A stretch of DNA of 17,375 nucleotides from Snowella sp. (GTDB lineage Bacteria > Cyanobacteriota > Cyanobacteriia > Cyanobacteriales > Microcystaceae). The notes beneath the pieces were generated by a model. It worked only from the letters and a program-made list of their open reading frames with translations. It was not told the origin of the DNA and ran no database searches. The stretch lies in contig JAYKGY010000027.1 of assembly GCA_035285545.1 (NCBI GenBank), positions 1 through 17,375 of the forward strand, read 5' to 3'. Shown here in pieces: positions 7,260 to 15,366 of the stretch (the first letter of the stretch is position 1; the number at the start of each line of letters is the position of its first letter). A program made the translations under genes and the position numbers.

Positions 7260-9179
7260 ATGGTTGCTTTAGTTGACTATTCTTCCGTTCGGTCTTTATC
7301 AGAGATTTGGTCACTCACAGCCGAGCGTTTTAAAAATATTCCCGCCTTACAAGATCCCCACGCTAGCCCTTCCGTTAGCATTACCTATCAAGACCTTTAT
7401 CAACAATTACAACAATTTGCTGCGGGTTTACAGGAACTAGGGCTAAAGGCAGACGAAAAAATTGCTATTTTTGCCGATAATAGTCCTCGTTGGTTTATTG
7501 CTGATCAAGGCAGTATGATGGCGGGGGCAACCAATGTGGTTCGTTCATCCCAGGCCGATAAGAACGAATTACTGTATATTCTTCAAGATAGTGAAAGTCG
7601 GGCCTTAATTGTTGAAGACCAAAAAACCTTACAAAAACTCAATTTAAATCCGTCAGAATATCCGTTACAGTTTATTGTCTTACTGTCTGATGAGAACCCT
7701 GAGCCAGAATTTCCCCTTCAACAAATTAATTTTCGGCAATTATTAGCCCTCGGTCAAGGGAAAACCCCTGAACCCACTCCCCATACTCGTCAATCTCTCG
7801 CGACCTTGATTTATACCTCTGGGACAACGGGACAACCCAAAGGCGCGATGCTATCCCACGGCAATTTATTACATCAAGTGGCAGAACTGCGAGCAATTTT
7901 ACAGCCCCAGCCAAGCGATCGCGTCTTAAGTATTCTTCCGTCTTGGCATTCCTATGAACGCAGCGCAGAGTATTTCTTGCTCTCCCAAGGCTGTACGATG
8001 ATTTATACCAGTATTCGGACATTTAAGAATGATTTGAAAAAATTTAAACCCCATCACATGGTGGCAGTTCCTCGCCTGTGGGAATCCATCTATGAAGGAA
8101 TTCAAAAATCATTCCGTGAAAAGTCTGCGAATCAGCAAAAATTAATTAATTTCTTTTTTAATGTTTCTAAAAAATATATTCTGGCAAAACGTATTGCGGA
8201 TAATTTAAGTCTAGATCATCTCCATGCTTCGCCCACTGAACGCGCGATCGCTCGATTACAAGCCTGGCTACTTTACCCCTTACATCAACTCGGCAATAAA
8301 ATTGTTTACCAAAAGATTCGGGAAGCCACTGGCGGCAATATTCAAACCCTGGTCAGCGGAGGAGGCTCTTTAGCCAAACATTTAGACGATTTTTATGAAA
8401 TTGTCGGCATTCCTGTTCTAGTGGGCTATGGCTTAACGGAAACTTCCCCCGTCACTAATGCCCGTGTCCATACCCATAATTTGCGCTATTCTTCGGGTAA
8501 GCCCATTCCCCAAACGGAAATTCGCATTGTTGACCCCGAAACTCGTCAAACGTTGCCCGCCGAAACCCAAGGTTTAGTTCTGATTCGTGGGCCTCAGGTA
8601 ATGCAGGGGTATTATCGCAAACCCGAAGCCACCGCAAAAGCCATTGATGCAGAAGGATGGTTTGATAGTGGCGATTTAGGTTGGGTAACAGCAGACAATG
8701 ATTTAATCCTGACGGGTCGGGCAAAAGATACGATTGTGCTGAGTAATGGGGAAAATATCGAACCCCAACCCATTGAGGATGCCTGTGTTCGCAGTGCCTA
8801 TATTGATCAAATTATGTTAGTGGGTCAGGATCAAAAGGCATTAGGGGCGTTAATTGTTCCCAATGTGGAAGCGTTAGAAAAATGGGCAAGCAGTCAATCT
8901 TTGAATTTAAGCTTTCCAGAGAGTTCAGTCCCCTTAGAAACGCTGAAAACGAGTGATCTGTATAACAAAGCCGTTTTAGATCTATTTCGTCAGGAATTAA
9001 ACCGAGAAGTCAAAAATCGCCCAGGTTATCGAGCCGATGATCAGATCAAAATCTTTACGCTGATCTTAGAACCCTTTTCCCAAGCCAATGGCATGATGAC
9101 GCAAACGCTGAAGATTAAACGTCCCGTTGTGGCTGAACATTATCGCGGTATTATTGAAGGCATGTTTGAAAAATCTTGA
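7260..9179 (+). CDS. aas: Long-chain acyl-ACP synthetase / AMP-dependent fatty acid ligase
   Basis: YTSGTTGQPKG AMP-binding loop, GYGLTET, GWFDSGDLG, GRAKDTIVLSNGENIEP. Followed by a YlqD-family gene as is usual in cyanobacteria. Confidence 0.9.
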   Translation: MVALVDYSSVRSLSEIWSLTAERFKNIPALQDPHASPSVSITYQDLYQQLQQFAAGLQELGLKADEKIAIFADNSPRWFIADQGSMMAGATNVVRSSQADKNELLYILQDSESRALIVEDQKTLQKLNLNPSEYPLQFIVLLSDENPEPEFPLQQINFRQLLALGQGKTPEPTPHTRQSLATLIYTSGTTGQPKGAMLSHGNLLHQVAELRAILQPQPSDRVLSILPSWHSYERSAEYFLLSQGCTMIYTSIRTFKNDLKKFKPHHMVAVPRLWESIYEGIQKSFREKSANQQKLINFFFNVSKKYILAKRIADNLSLDHLHASPTERAIARLQAWLLYPLHQLGNKIVYQKIREATGGNIQTLVSGGGSLAKHLDDFYEIVGIPVLVGYGLTETSPVTNARVHTHNLRYSSGKPIPQTEIRIVDPETRQTLPAETQGLVLIRGPQVMQGYYRKPEATAKAIDAEGWFDSGDLGWVTADNDLILTGRAKDTIVLSNGENIEPQPIEDACVRSAYIDQIMLVGQDQKALGALIVPNVEALEKWASSQSLNLSFPESSVPLETLKTSDLYNKAVLDLFRQELNREVKNRPGYRADDQIKIFTLILEPFSQANGMMTQTLKIKRPVVAEHYRGIIEGMFEKS

Positions 9180-9180
9180 T

Positions 9181-9208
9181 TGCTAGTTCTTTAAAAAGAC
9201 AACTAGTA
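9181..9208 (+). terminator. Stem-loop after aas (terminator or stability element)
   Basis: TGCTAGTT / AACTAGTA arms with inner CTT/AAG pairing; no adjacent U-tract. Confidence 0.3.
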
Positions 9209-9249
9209 GCCGATTCAAACCGATTATTTATTACGGAAATAGCTTTTTT

Positions 9250-9699
9250 ATGGATGACGCACAAACCAGCCTTTTACTGAAACGTCCTGTGACCATTAAG
9301 GTGATTGTGACAACGCGCTGGAAAGAAGAAATGCAGCAACAACTCCAAGCCCAAATTGCTCAACTCGATGGGCAAATTCAACAACTAGAATTACAGGGTC
9401 AACGGGCGATCGCCGAAATCCAAAAGCAGAGTTTGACACCCATTCCCCCGCAAGCAGCGCAGCAAATTGACAATATTCAAATCCAAGTCAATCAACAAAA
9501 AAGCGAAATGTTGGAGCAAAAAAATCAATTTCTTCAACAGATGCAACAGGTTCAATTGTTGGATTTGGATCAAGAAGTTCCCCAAGCCCAGATGGAAAGT
9601 TTCTTTCGTATTGAAAAGGGAGATAATTTAGTTGCCAAATTAAATGTCGAAGTTGTGATCCGTGATGGCATTGTCGAAGAAATTCGCGGCGAACTGTAA
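9250..9699 (+). CDS. YlqD-family protein
   Basis: LKRPVTIKVIVT..WKEE, Gln-rich coiled coil, C-terminal GDNL...VEVVIRDGIVEEIRG. Confidence 0.85.
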   Translation: MDDAQTSLLLKRPVTIKVIVTTRWKEEMQQQLQAQIAQLDGQIQQLELQGQRAIAEIQKQSLTPIPPQAAQQIDNIQIQVNQQKSEMLEQKNQFLQQMQQVQLLDLDQEVPQAQMESFFRIEKGDNLVAKLNVEVVIRDGIVEEIRGEL

Positions 9700-9732
9700 A
9701 GGTTTGATCTCAGTAAGTTATCGATAAACAAA

Positions 9733-9755
9733 GGGCGTACACAATACGCCCCTAC
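9733..9755 (-). repeat. GTAG-family REP-like palindrome
   Basis: Minus strand GTAG-GGGCGTA-TTGTG-TACGCCC: GTAG foot plus a perfect 7-bp stem, 33 nt after the YlqD-family stop. Confidence 0.75.
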
Positions 9756-9795
9756 TATCAATATTGGATTTGTTTTACATAAAAATGTTTTAAAA

Positions 9796-9997
9796 CCTAC
9801 ATTTCGCTGAACACAGACTGAAAAAATTAGAACTTAGTAATAGAGATCGTAGTATTTAAACCTTATTGCTTTCTTAAAAAGATAATTGTCTTGGAAAAGA
9901 CAGGATAATACGGCAAAAAAGCTAGATTGCTAGAAAGCTTGTAAAATAAAGATTTTAATTTAATTATTTTTTGCGGCTCGAAACAGCGAAATGGGGA
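9796..9997. mobile_element. Candidate MITE / internally deleted IS (202 bp)
   Basis: Ends CCTACATTTCGCTG (9796-9809) and CAGCGAAATGGGGA (9984-9997) are inverted repeats (11/14, inner 10 bp perfect). TTAAAA flanks both ends (9790-9795, 9998-10003). The interior is AT-rich and non-coding. Confidence 0.6.
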
Positions 9998-10073
9998 TTA
10001 AAAGTAACTGTGGTTTTAAAGTCGGCGATCGCGCTTTAGCCATCTTTATCAAAAAGAATTATTCTAGAAAATC

Positions 10074-10487
10074 ATGACCTATTACGTAATCTATGACGGC
10101 AATTGTAATCTGTGCGTTACCTTTACTCAGTTGTTAGAGACCTTTGATCAAGGGCAACGCTTTTCCTATATTCCCATGCAGGATCAATCTGGGTTAGCCG
10201 AGTTTGGGATCACTGCAACTGATTGTGAAATGGGGATGATTCTGATTAATGGGAATAACCCCCAACAACGTTGGCAAGGCAGCAGTGCAGCAGAGGAAAT
10301 TACGCGGCTTTTACCCTTGGGAGAAGCCTTTATTCAGATTTATCGTTCTCTACCAGGCGTGAAATGGGTGGGGGATAAAAGCTATGAAAAAATCCGCGAT
10401 CGCCGTTATGATTGGTTTGGCAAACGGGAAGAAACCTATCAATCCGTCTACCCCTTTGGCTGTTCCCTTACGAGTAATCCCAAGTGA
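10074..10487 (+). CDS. DCC1-like thiol-disulfide oxidoreductase family protein (DUF393)
   Basis: N-terminal VIYDGNCNLC (DxxCxxC) and C-terminal YEKIRDRRYDWFG. Confidence 0.88.
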   Translation: MTYYVIYDGNCNLCVTFTQLLETFDQGQRFSYIPMQDQSGLAEFGITATDCEMGMILINGNNPQQRWQGSSAAEEITRLLPLGEAFIQIYRSLPGVKWVGDKSYEKIRDRRYDWFGKREETYQSVYPFGCSLTSNPK

Positions 10488-11350
10488 ATTATCCTGTTAA
10501 CTTAGAAGATCTGATTAAAACCGTGCGTTCCGTTGGTTGGGGCGCAATGGCCATTCTCCGTTCCTACTATCAAGGTAAAAATGTTGACAATTTAGAAGTC
10601 AATGAAGACAAAAAAGATGGCCCTGTTACTTCAGCGGATATTGCTGCAAATCATTACATTTTAGAAAAATTACAGGCAGTTTTTAGCCCTGATATCTTTG
10701 GATATCTCAGCGAAGAAACCCATCAAGGCACTGAGCCTATTCCCCAGGATTGGGTCTGGATTATCGATCCGTTGGATGGAACCAGGGATTTTATTGATAA
10801 AACGGGAGAATACGCCCTTCATATTGCTTTGGCCTATAAACAGCAACCTGTTGTCGCCGTTGTTGGCATTCCTGAAGCCGAAAAGCTCTATTTTGCCGTT
10901 AAAGATCAAGGCACTTTTGTAGAAACGCCTGATGGTCAGGTTCAACCGATTACGGTAACGCCGAACGCGATCGCCGATCAGTTAACCTTAGTGGTTAGCC
11001 GTACCCATCGAGACCAACGTTTTCAGACATTGATTGATCGGCTGTCCTTTAGCGATCGCCATTATGTGGGAAGTGTGGGCTGTAAAATTGTGGCAATTTT
11101 AGAAAAACAAGCGGATATTTATATTTCTTTGTCGGGTAAATCTGCGGCTAAAGACTGGGATTTTGCGGCTCCTGAGTTAATTTTGACGGAAGCAGGTGGG
11201 AAATTCACCTATTTCAATGGGGAACCTGTGTTATACAACCGAGGAGATGTCCATCAGTGGGGTGGGATTTTTGCCAGTAATGGGTCATTTCATGGGCAAC
11301 TATGTCAACAATCGATTGAAATTTTGGCAGAGATTGATCAAGATCGATGA
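10484..11350 (+). CDS. cysQ: 3'(2'),5'-bisphosphate nucleotidase CysQ / inositol monophosphatase family
   Basis: PVTSAD, LSEE, WIIDPLDGTRDF, VSRTH, WDFAAP motifs; GTGA overlap with the upstream gene. Confidence 0.85.
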   Translation: MNYPVNLEDLIKTVRSVGWGAMAILRSYYQGKNVDNLEVNEDKKDGPVTSADIAANHYILEKLQAVFSPDIFGYLSEETHQGTEPIPQDWVWIIDPLDGTRDFIDKTGEYALHIALAYKQQPVVAVVGIPEAEKLYFAVKDQGTFVETPDGQVQPITVTPNAIADQLTLVVSRTHRDQRFQTLIDRLSFSDRHYVGSVGCKIVAILEKQADIYISLSGKSAAKDWDFAAPELILTEAGGKFTYFNGEPVLYNRGDVHQWGGIFASNGSFHGQLCQQSIEILAEIDQDR

Positions 11351-12289
11351 CTACCTTGATTTATTTGGGTTATTCGCTATCAAACCCACGGTATCCGAAA
11401 CCCAAGGATCAACCTTAAATTCACGCTGGAGGAAATCAATAAAACAGCTAATTTTGGCAGGCGTAAAGCGGCTACGGCGATAAACCGCATGAATGGGGAG
11501 AGGGGGCGGTTGATAGGCTTGTAAGACCATTTTTAGATCCCTACGATAAATTTCATCCCCAAACATCCAAACTGGCGCGATCGCGATTCCTAAACTGGAT
11601 AATACGGCTGCTCGAACCGCTACGGAACTATTGGTTTGGAAACAGCCTCCTACTTGAACTTTAATCAGATCATCTTTCCCCTGAAAATGCCATTCATTGA
11701 CGGTTGACAGTCCTGTATAAACAATGCACTGATGATAAACCAGATCTTCGGGGGTTTGCGGTTCACCTGCTTGCTGAAAATAATCTGCTGTGGCGATGGT
11801 GACACGATGAGTCATGCCAAGGCGATCGCTAATTAAATTATTATCTTGACGATTCCCGATGCGGATTAATAAATCTAAACCTTCTTCGACCAGATTGACG
11901 AAATGATCCGCCATCATCAGATCCACTTTGACCTCTGGATAACGGGCCATAAAGGTTTTTAAGCGAGGTACGATTTGCATTTGCCCAAACAAAACCGGAC
12001 AACCTAACCGTAAAATCCCCGTTGCCTTTTCTTTCCCTTTTAAACTGGCTTCCGCTTCCGCAACGGCTTCTAGAATTTGTTGGCAATATTGATAATATTT
12101 TTTGCCCTCTTCGGTCAGGCTTAAATTAGTGGTTGAACGGGCGAGGAGTTGCACCCCTAAATAGTTTTCTAAGGCAGCAATTTGTTTGCTGATCGTCGGT
12201 TGGGTTGTTTGTTGTTCCCGTGCAACGGCTGAGAAACTATTCATTTCTATAGCCCGAACAAAACTCTGCATACAAACCAATCTATCCAC
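11351..12289 (-). CDS. LysR-family transcriptional regulator (CrgA/DmlR-like)
   Basis: SFSAVAR...TQPTISKQIAALE..LGVQLL.RST..LSLTEEG HTH; NLVEEGLDLLIRIG substrate-binding domain. Confidence 0.93.
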   Translation of the reverse strand: MDRLVCMQSFVRAIEMNSFSAVAREQQTTQPTISKQIAALENYLGVQLLARSTTNLSLTEEGKKYYQYCQQILEAVAEAEASLKGKEKATGILRLGCPVLFGQMQIVPRLKTFMARYPEVKVDLMMADHFVNLVEEGLDLLIRIGNRQDNNLISDRLGMTHRVTIATADYFQQAGEPQTPEDLVYHQCIVYTGLSTVNEWHFQGKDDLIKVQVGGCFQTNSSVAVRAAVLSSLGIAIAPVWMFGDEIYRRDLKMVLQAYQPPPLPIHAVYRRSRFTPAKISCFIDFLQREFKVDPWVSDTVGLIANNPNKSR

Positions 12290-12298
12290 AATCGCACC

Positions 12299-12315
12299 TA
12301 TTCCAAAAGGGCATA
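12299..12315. promoter_or_regulatory. LysR recognition box (T-N11-A dyad)
   Basis: TATTCC-AAAAG-GGCATA imperfect dyad with T12301-N11-A12313, in the short divergent gap next to the lysR start. Confidence 0.55.
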
Positions 12316-12397
12316 TCAGTTATTCTATTTTGACTACTTCCCAAACCCAACAAAGTACGTGATGATACCTTCATTAATTATTTTCACTTCACCTACG

Positions 12398-12787
12398 ATG
12401 TTCAATTTAAAACCCTTCACTCCCATCCTTGCCCCCTTTGCAATTGCCAGTATTCTCAACATTGGAAATATTGCAGTAACGAGCTTTGTCCCCCAATTTT
12501 ATCAGTCAGCGATCGCGGAAGAAATGGGAAAACCCGGCATGACTGCCCAACAAAAAATTGAAATTGTTACCAAAAATAAAGGACAAATTGGTGGTGGCGA
12601 TCAATTGCGACGATTTTTCTTTGGCGATTTACTCCCGTTAGGCGTTCAACCTGGTGGAGCAGGAATGGTCGTTAATCTTTACAATAAAGCGAATGACGTA
12701 ACCTTCTCTTACTGTGCAACCTACGATGTTGTCGTAGCCGTTAAAAAAGGTAAAGTTCCCATGTTTCCTGCGAATGAAGTCAAATAA
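12398..12787 (+). CDS. Hypothetical exported protein
   Basis: Hydrophobic N-terminus ending SAIA|EE (signal peptidase I-like); compact mature domain with one Cys. ATG at 12398 is preferred over the track's 12359 start. Confidence 0.7.
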   Translation: MFNLKPFTPILAPFAIASILNIGNIAVTSFVPQFYQSAIAEEMGKPGMTAQQKIEIVTKNKGQIGGGDQLRRFFFGDLLPLGVQPGGAGMVVNLYNKANDVTFSYCATYDVVVAVKKGKVPMFPANEVK

Positions 12788-12853
12788 AGTGAGATAAAAT
12801 TCAGTAACCCTTGTTGGTTAACTTAACCTTAATGAATTAATGCTCGAATGGAT

Positions 12854-12886
12854 TTAGCCCCTTTTAGTTCTGTGTAGAGGGGCTAA
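12854..12886. terminator. Stem-loop between the exported-protein gene and the DUF4079 gene
   Basis: TTAGCCCCT / AGGGGCTAA perfect 9-bp arms, extendable with a G:U pair. Confidence 0.5.
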
Positions 12887-12946
12887 TGTCATAAAAATTC
12901 AGAAAACATTGAATGACACTGGCTAATCCCTTGATGGAATAGAACA

Positions 12947-13651
12947 ATGGAACTGACTGATATTTTAGCTTTACTGCATCCAGCGATCGCGATTACGGTC
13001 GTTTTCCCGTTAATTGGAATCGTCGTCAATCGTGCTTGGTTAACCCGTCAACGTCGTTTGCAAGTCGGAGAGGGACAAAAAAGCAAAATTCCTCCGATTG
13101 TGGGTTCTGAACACGTTGCGATCGGGAATTGGTTAAGTGGCTCCGTGATTGGAGTTGCCCTATTGGGAATGGCCTATCCCATTTTTTCTAAATTTCTTGA
13201 GAAGAATGTTTTTAGCCAAGAACCCTTTCGCGCTTTTTTTGTGGTTGTCATTTTTCTGTTAACGATTGCTTCTTTTGTCTTACTGTTTAAAGCAAAAGTT
13301 AAACAATGGCGGGGTATTTTTGCCAGTTTAACCGGAATGGGATTAATTATTTTAGGGTTTCAGCCGGAAGTCTTTCGACGAGATAATGAATGGTTTGTCT
13401 CCCATTATTATTACGGAATCCTAGCCGCTTTACTAATGATCTTTTCTGTTGCAGTTACCCAAGATATTTATCAAGATCGAAAAAATCGTTGGCGGATGGC
13501 TCATATTATTCTCAATTGTTTTGCCTTATTGTTATTTATTGGTCAGGGAATTACCGGCTCAAGAGATTTATTAGAAATTCCGCTAAACTGGCAGAAGAGT
13601 TACATCTACCAATGTGATTTTGCCAATAAAACCTGCCTTCCTCCTAAATAA
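12947..13651 (+). CDS. DUF4079-family membrane protein
   Basis: Multiple TM helices with conserved-looking His residues (LLHP, GSEH, VSHYYYG, MAHIILN) and GQGITGSRDLLEIP. Confidence 0.8.
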   Translation: MELTDILALLHPAIAITVVFPLIGIVVNRAWLTRQRRLQVGEGQKSKIPPIVGSEHVAIGNWLSGSVIGVALLGMAYPIFSKFLEKNVFSQEPFRAFFVVVIFLLTIASFVLLFKAKVKQWRGIFASLTGMGLIILGFQPEVFRRDNEWFVSHYYYGILAALLMIFSVAVTQDIYQDRKNRWRMAHIILNCFALLLFIGQGITGSRDLLEIPLNWQKSYIYQCDFANKTCLPPK

Positions 13652-13790
13652 TATTAAAAATAAATTTATCGACTTATTTTTTAAAGAAATTCTTGGGGAT
13701 TGAGCAGCACATCCTAGCGTTTATGTTTCGTAACGATAAGTAATTATCAATGCTCCAACTGAAAAAATCAATGTTTTATAATCGGCTAAC

Positions 13791-13799
13791 TGTTACACT
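13791..13799 (+). promoter_or_regulatory. Candidate extended -10 promoter (TGnTACACT) for iscA
   Basis: TG-T-TACACT 100 nt upstream of the ATG; followed by an AGGAGA/TCTCCT leader stem. Confidence 0.4.
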
Positions 13800-13898
13800 A
13801 AAAAAGGAGACATGTTTGCCCTGTTGGGATCTCCTCTTGACGTTCTTTCAGCACTTTCCTTGCTTATAAAATTTTATTGTTAGGAGTAACTCAAACCT

Positions 13899-14255
13899 AT
13901 GACTCAGGCCACCGCAACGCAATCTAAAGGCATTCAACTGACGGAATCAGCCCTTAATCACGTTCTTATGTTACGCCAGCAACAGGGAAAAGACCTTTGT
14001 TTACGGGTGGGAGTTCGTCAAGGTGGCTGTTCGGGAATGTCTTATATGATGGATTTTGAAGAAATTAGCCAAATTACAGAACATGATGATGTATTTGATT
14101 ATGATGGCTTTAAAATTGTCTGCGATCGCAAAAGTTTACTCTATCTCTACGGTTTAGTTCTCGACTATAGCAATGCGATGATTGGCGGCGGTTTTCAGTT
14201 TACCAATCCCAATGCGAATCAAACCTGTGGTTGCGGGAAGTCCTTTGGGGTTTAA
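13899..14255 (+). CDS. iscA: A-type Fe-S cluster assembly accessory protein (IscA/HesB family)
   Basis: [15 protein letters not shown] and [16 protein letters not shown] motifs. Confidence 0.94.
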   Translation: MTQATATQSKGIQLTESALNHVLMLRQQQGKDLCLRVGVRQGGCSGMSYMMDFEEISQITEHDDVFDYDGFKIVCDRKSLLYLYGLVLDYSNAMIGGGFQFTNPNANQTCGCGKSFGV

Positions 14256-14286
14256 CGCGATCGCCATAATCCAGTATGTTAGATCA

Positions 14287-14324
14287 CGGGGCAGAAATTA
14301 TAAGGCTGTCCCGATTGTTTTGTT
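14287..14324 (+). terminator. Possible terminator after iscA
   Basis: CGGGGCAG / CTGTCCCG 8-bp stem (one G:U), followed by ATTGTTTTGTT. Confidence 0.4.
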
Positions 14325-14345
14325 GATTGATTAGTTGAATGTGTT

Positions 14346-14792
14346 ATGAGTGAAACGACTGACTCTTTACCCCTGATCGACTCGGTAGAAGCGGATTTTA
14401 ATGAAGGTTTAGAACGCTACAATGCGGGGGAAGATCCCGCCAGTTTAATTCCTCTCTTTAAAGACATCAGCGATCGCGCTCCTCGAAATGCAACGGCCTG
14501 GTCGTGTTTAGCCTGGCTCTATTTACTCGCAGATAAACCCTTATCCGCCCTCAAAGCCGCCCAAAAGAGCGTCAAAATTGATAAAACCCATCCCCAGGCA
14601 CGAATCAATCTCGCGATCGCCATGTTGGAAACGAAAACGCCTGGTGTCCGCCCCCATGTGGAATTAGCGGCTCAAATTATTTCCTTTGACAAAGACATCT
14701 ATCAGAGTGTGGCTGAAAACATCGAAGACGGACTCACCCGCAAGCCGAACTGGAAAAGCTTAGAACGGGTGAAAGAATGGTTGTTCGGTTAA
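14346..14792 (+). CDS. TPR-like helical repeat protein
   Basis: AWSCLAWLYLL...ALKAAQKSVK...PQARINLA TPR-like pattern. Confidence 0.75.
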   Translation: MSETTDSLPLIDSVEADFNEGLERYNAGEDPASLIPLFKDISDRAPRNATAWSCLAWLYLLADKPLSALKAAQKSVKIDKTHPQARINLAIAMLETKTPGVRPHVELAAQIISFDKDIYQSVAENIEDGLTRKPNWKSLERVKEWLFG

Positions 14793-14826
14793 TTTGATTT
14801 TTTAGCGTCAAGGCACCTGAAGGCAT

Positions 14827-15249
14827 TTACGGTGTCGTTGCATCAAGGGTATTTAACACTTCTTGAAGAACCTGAGTAGAAAAATTACCTTGTATGGCTG
14901 ACCAGCAGTGACCTTGACCTAAACGAGAGGAGGGTTGGGCCTTTAACTGACGCAACGCCTGAATACAGGAAGGGCAATCACAACCAAAGAGCGTGACCGC
15001 AGCATCACTTTCGGCAATACTAAAGTCTAAAAGCGACGAATCCGCTCCAGAAGCCAGAAGGATTTCTGAAGAATTGCCATGCCTTAACGAGGATTGCACT
15101 TGAGGCGTGCTGGGAGTATCGCAGGAGGCAACGGTTGTCGCTGGCGCAACGGCACTGGCAGAAACCTTATTCACCATAAACATCATGGCGAGCATTGAAC
15201 CGAGCACGGTGGGAACTGCAATAAGATTGAACAAAATTTTATAGTTCAT
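14827..15249 (-). CDS. Hypothetical exported or membrane-anchored protein with CxCxxC motif
   Basis: N-terminal hydrophobic segment; LDFSIAESDAAVTLFGCDCPSCIQALRQL. GGAGA RBS at 15263-15259 and TATAAT at 15293-15288 on the minus strand. Confidence 0.75.
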   Translation of the reverse strand: MNYKILFNLIAVPTVLGSMLAMMFMVNKVSASAVAPATTVASCDTPSTPQVQSSLRHGNSSEILLASGADSSLLDFSIAESDAAVTLFGCDCPSCIQALRQLKAQPSSRLGQGHCWSAIQGNFSTQVLQEVLNTLDATTP

Positions 15250-15366
15250 TGGCAGACATCTCCAATTGGGTTAACTATTCACGGGATATTATAGATGAAT
15301 TTTCAGGTATAGGCATTTTCCGATGTTCTAGCGATTCATCCGAACCAACGTTGATGTCTGTCGTCT

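Noticed and set aside
9310..9560. CAA/CAG-rich low-complexity stretch
   Set aside because: Explained by the Gln-rich coiled coil of the YlqD-family protein.
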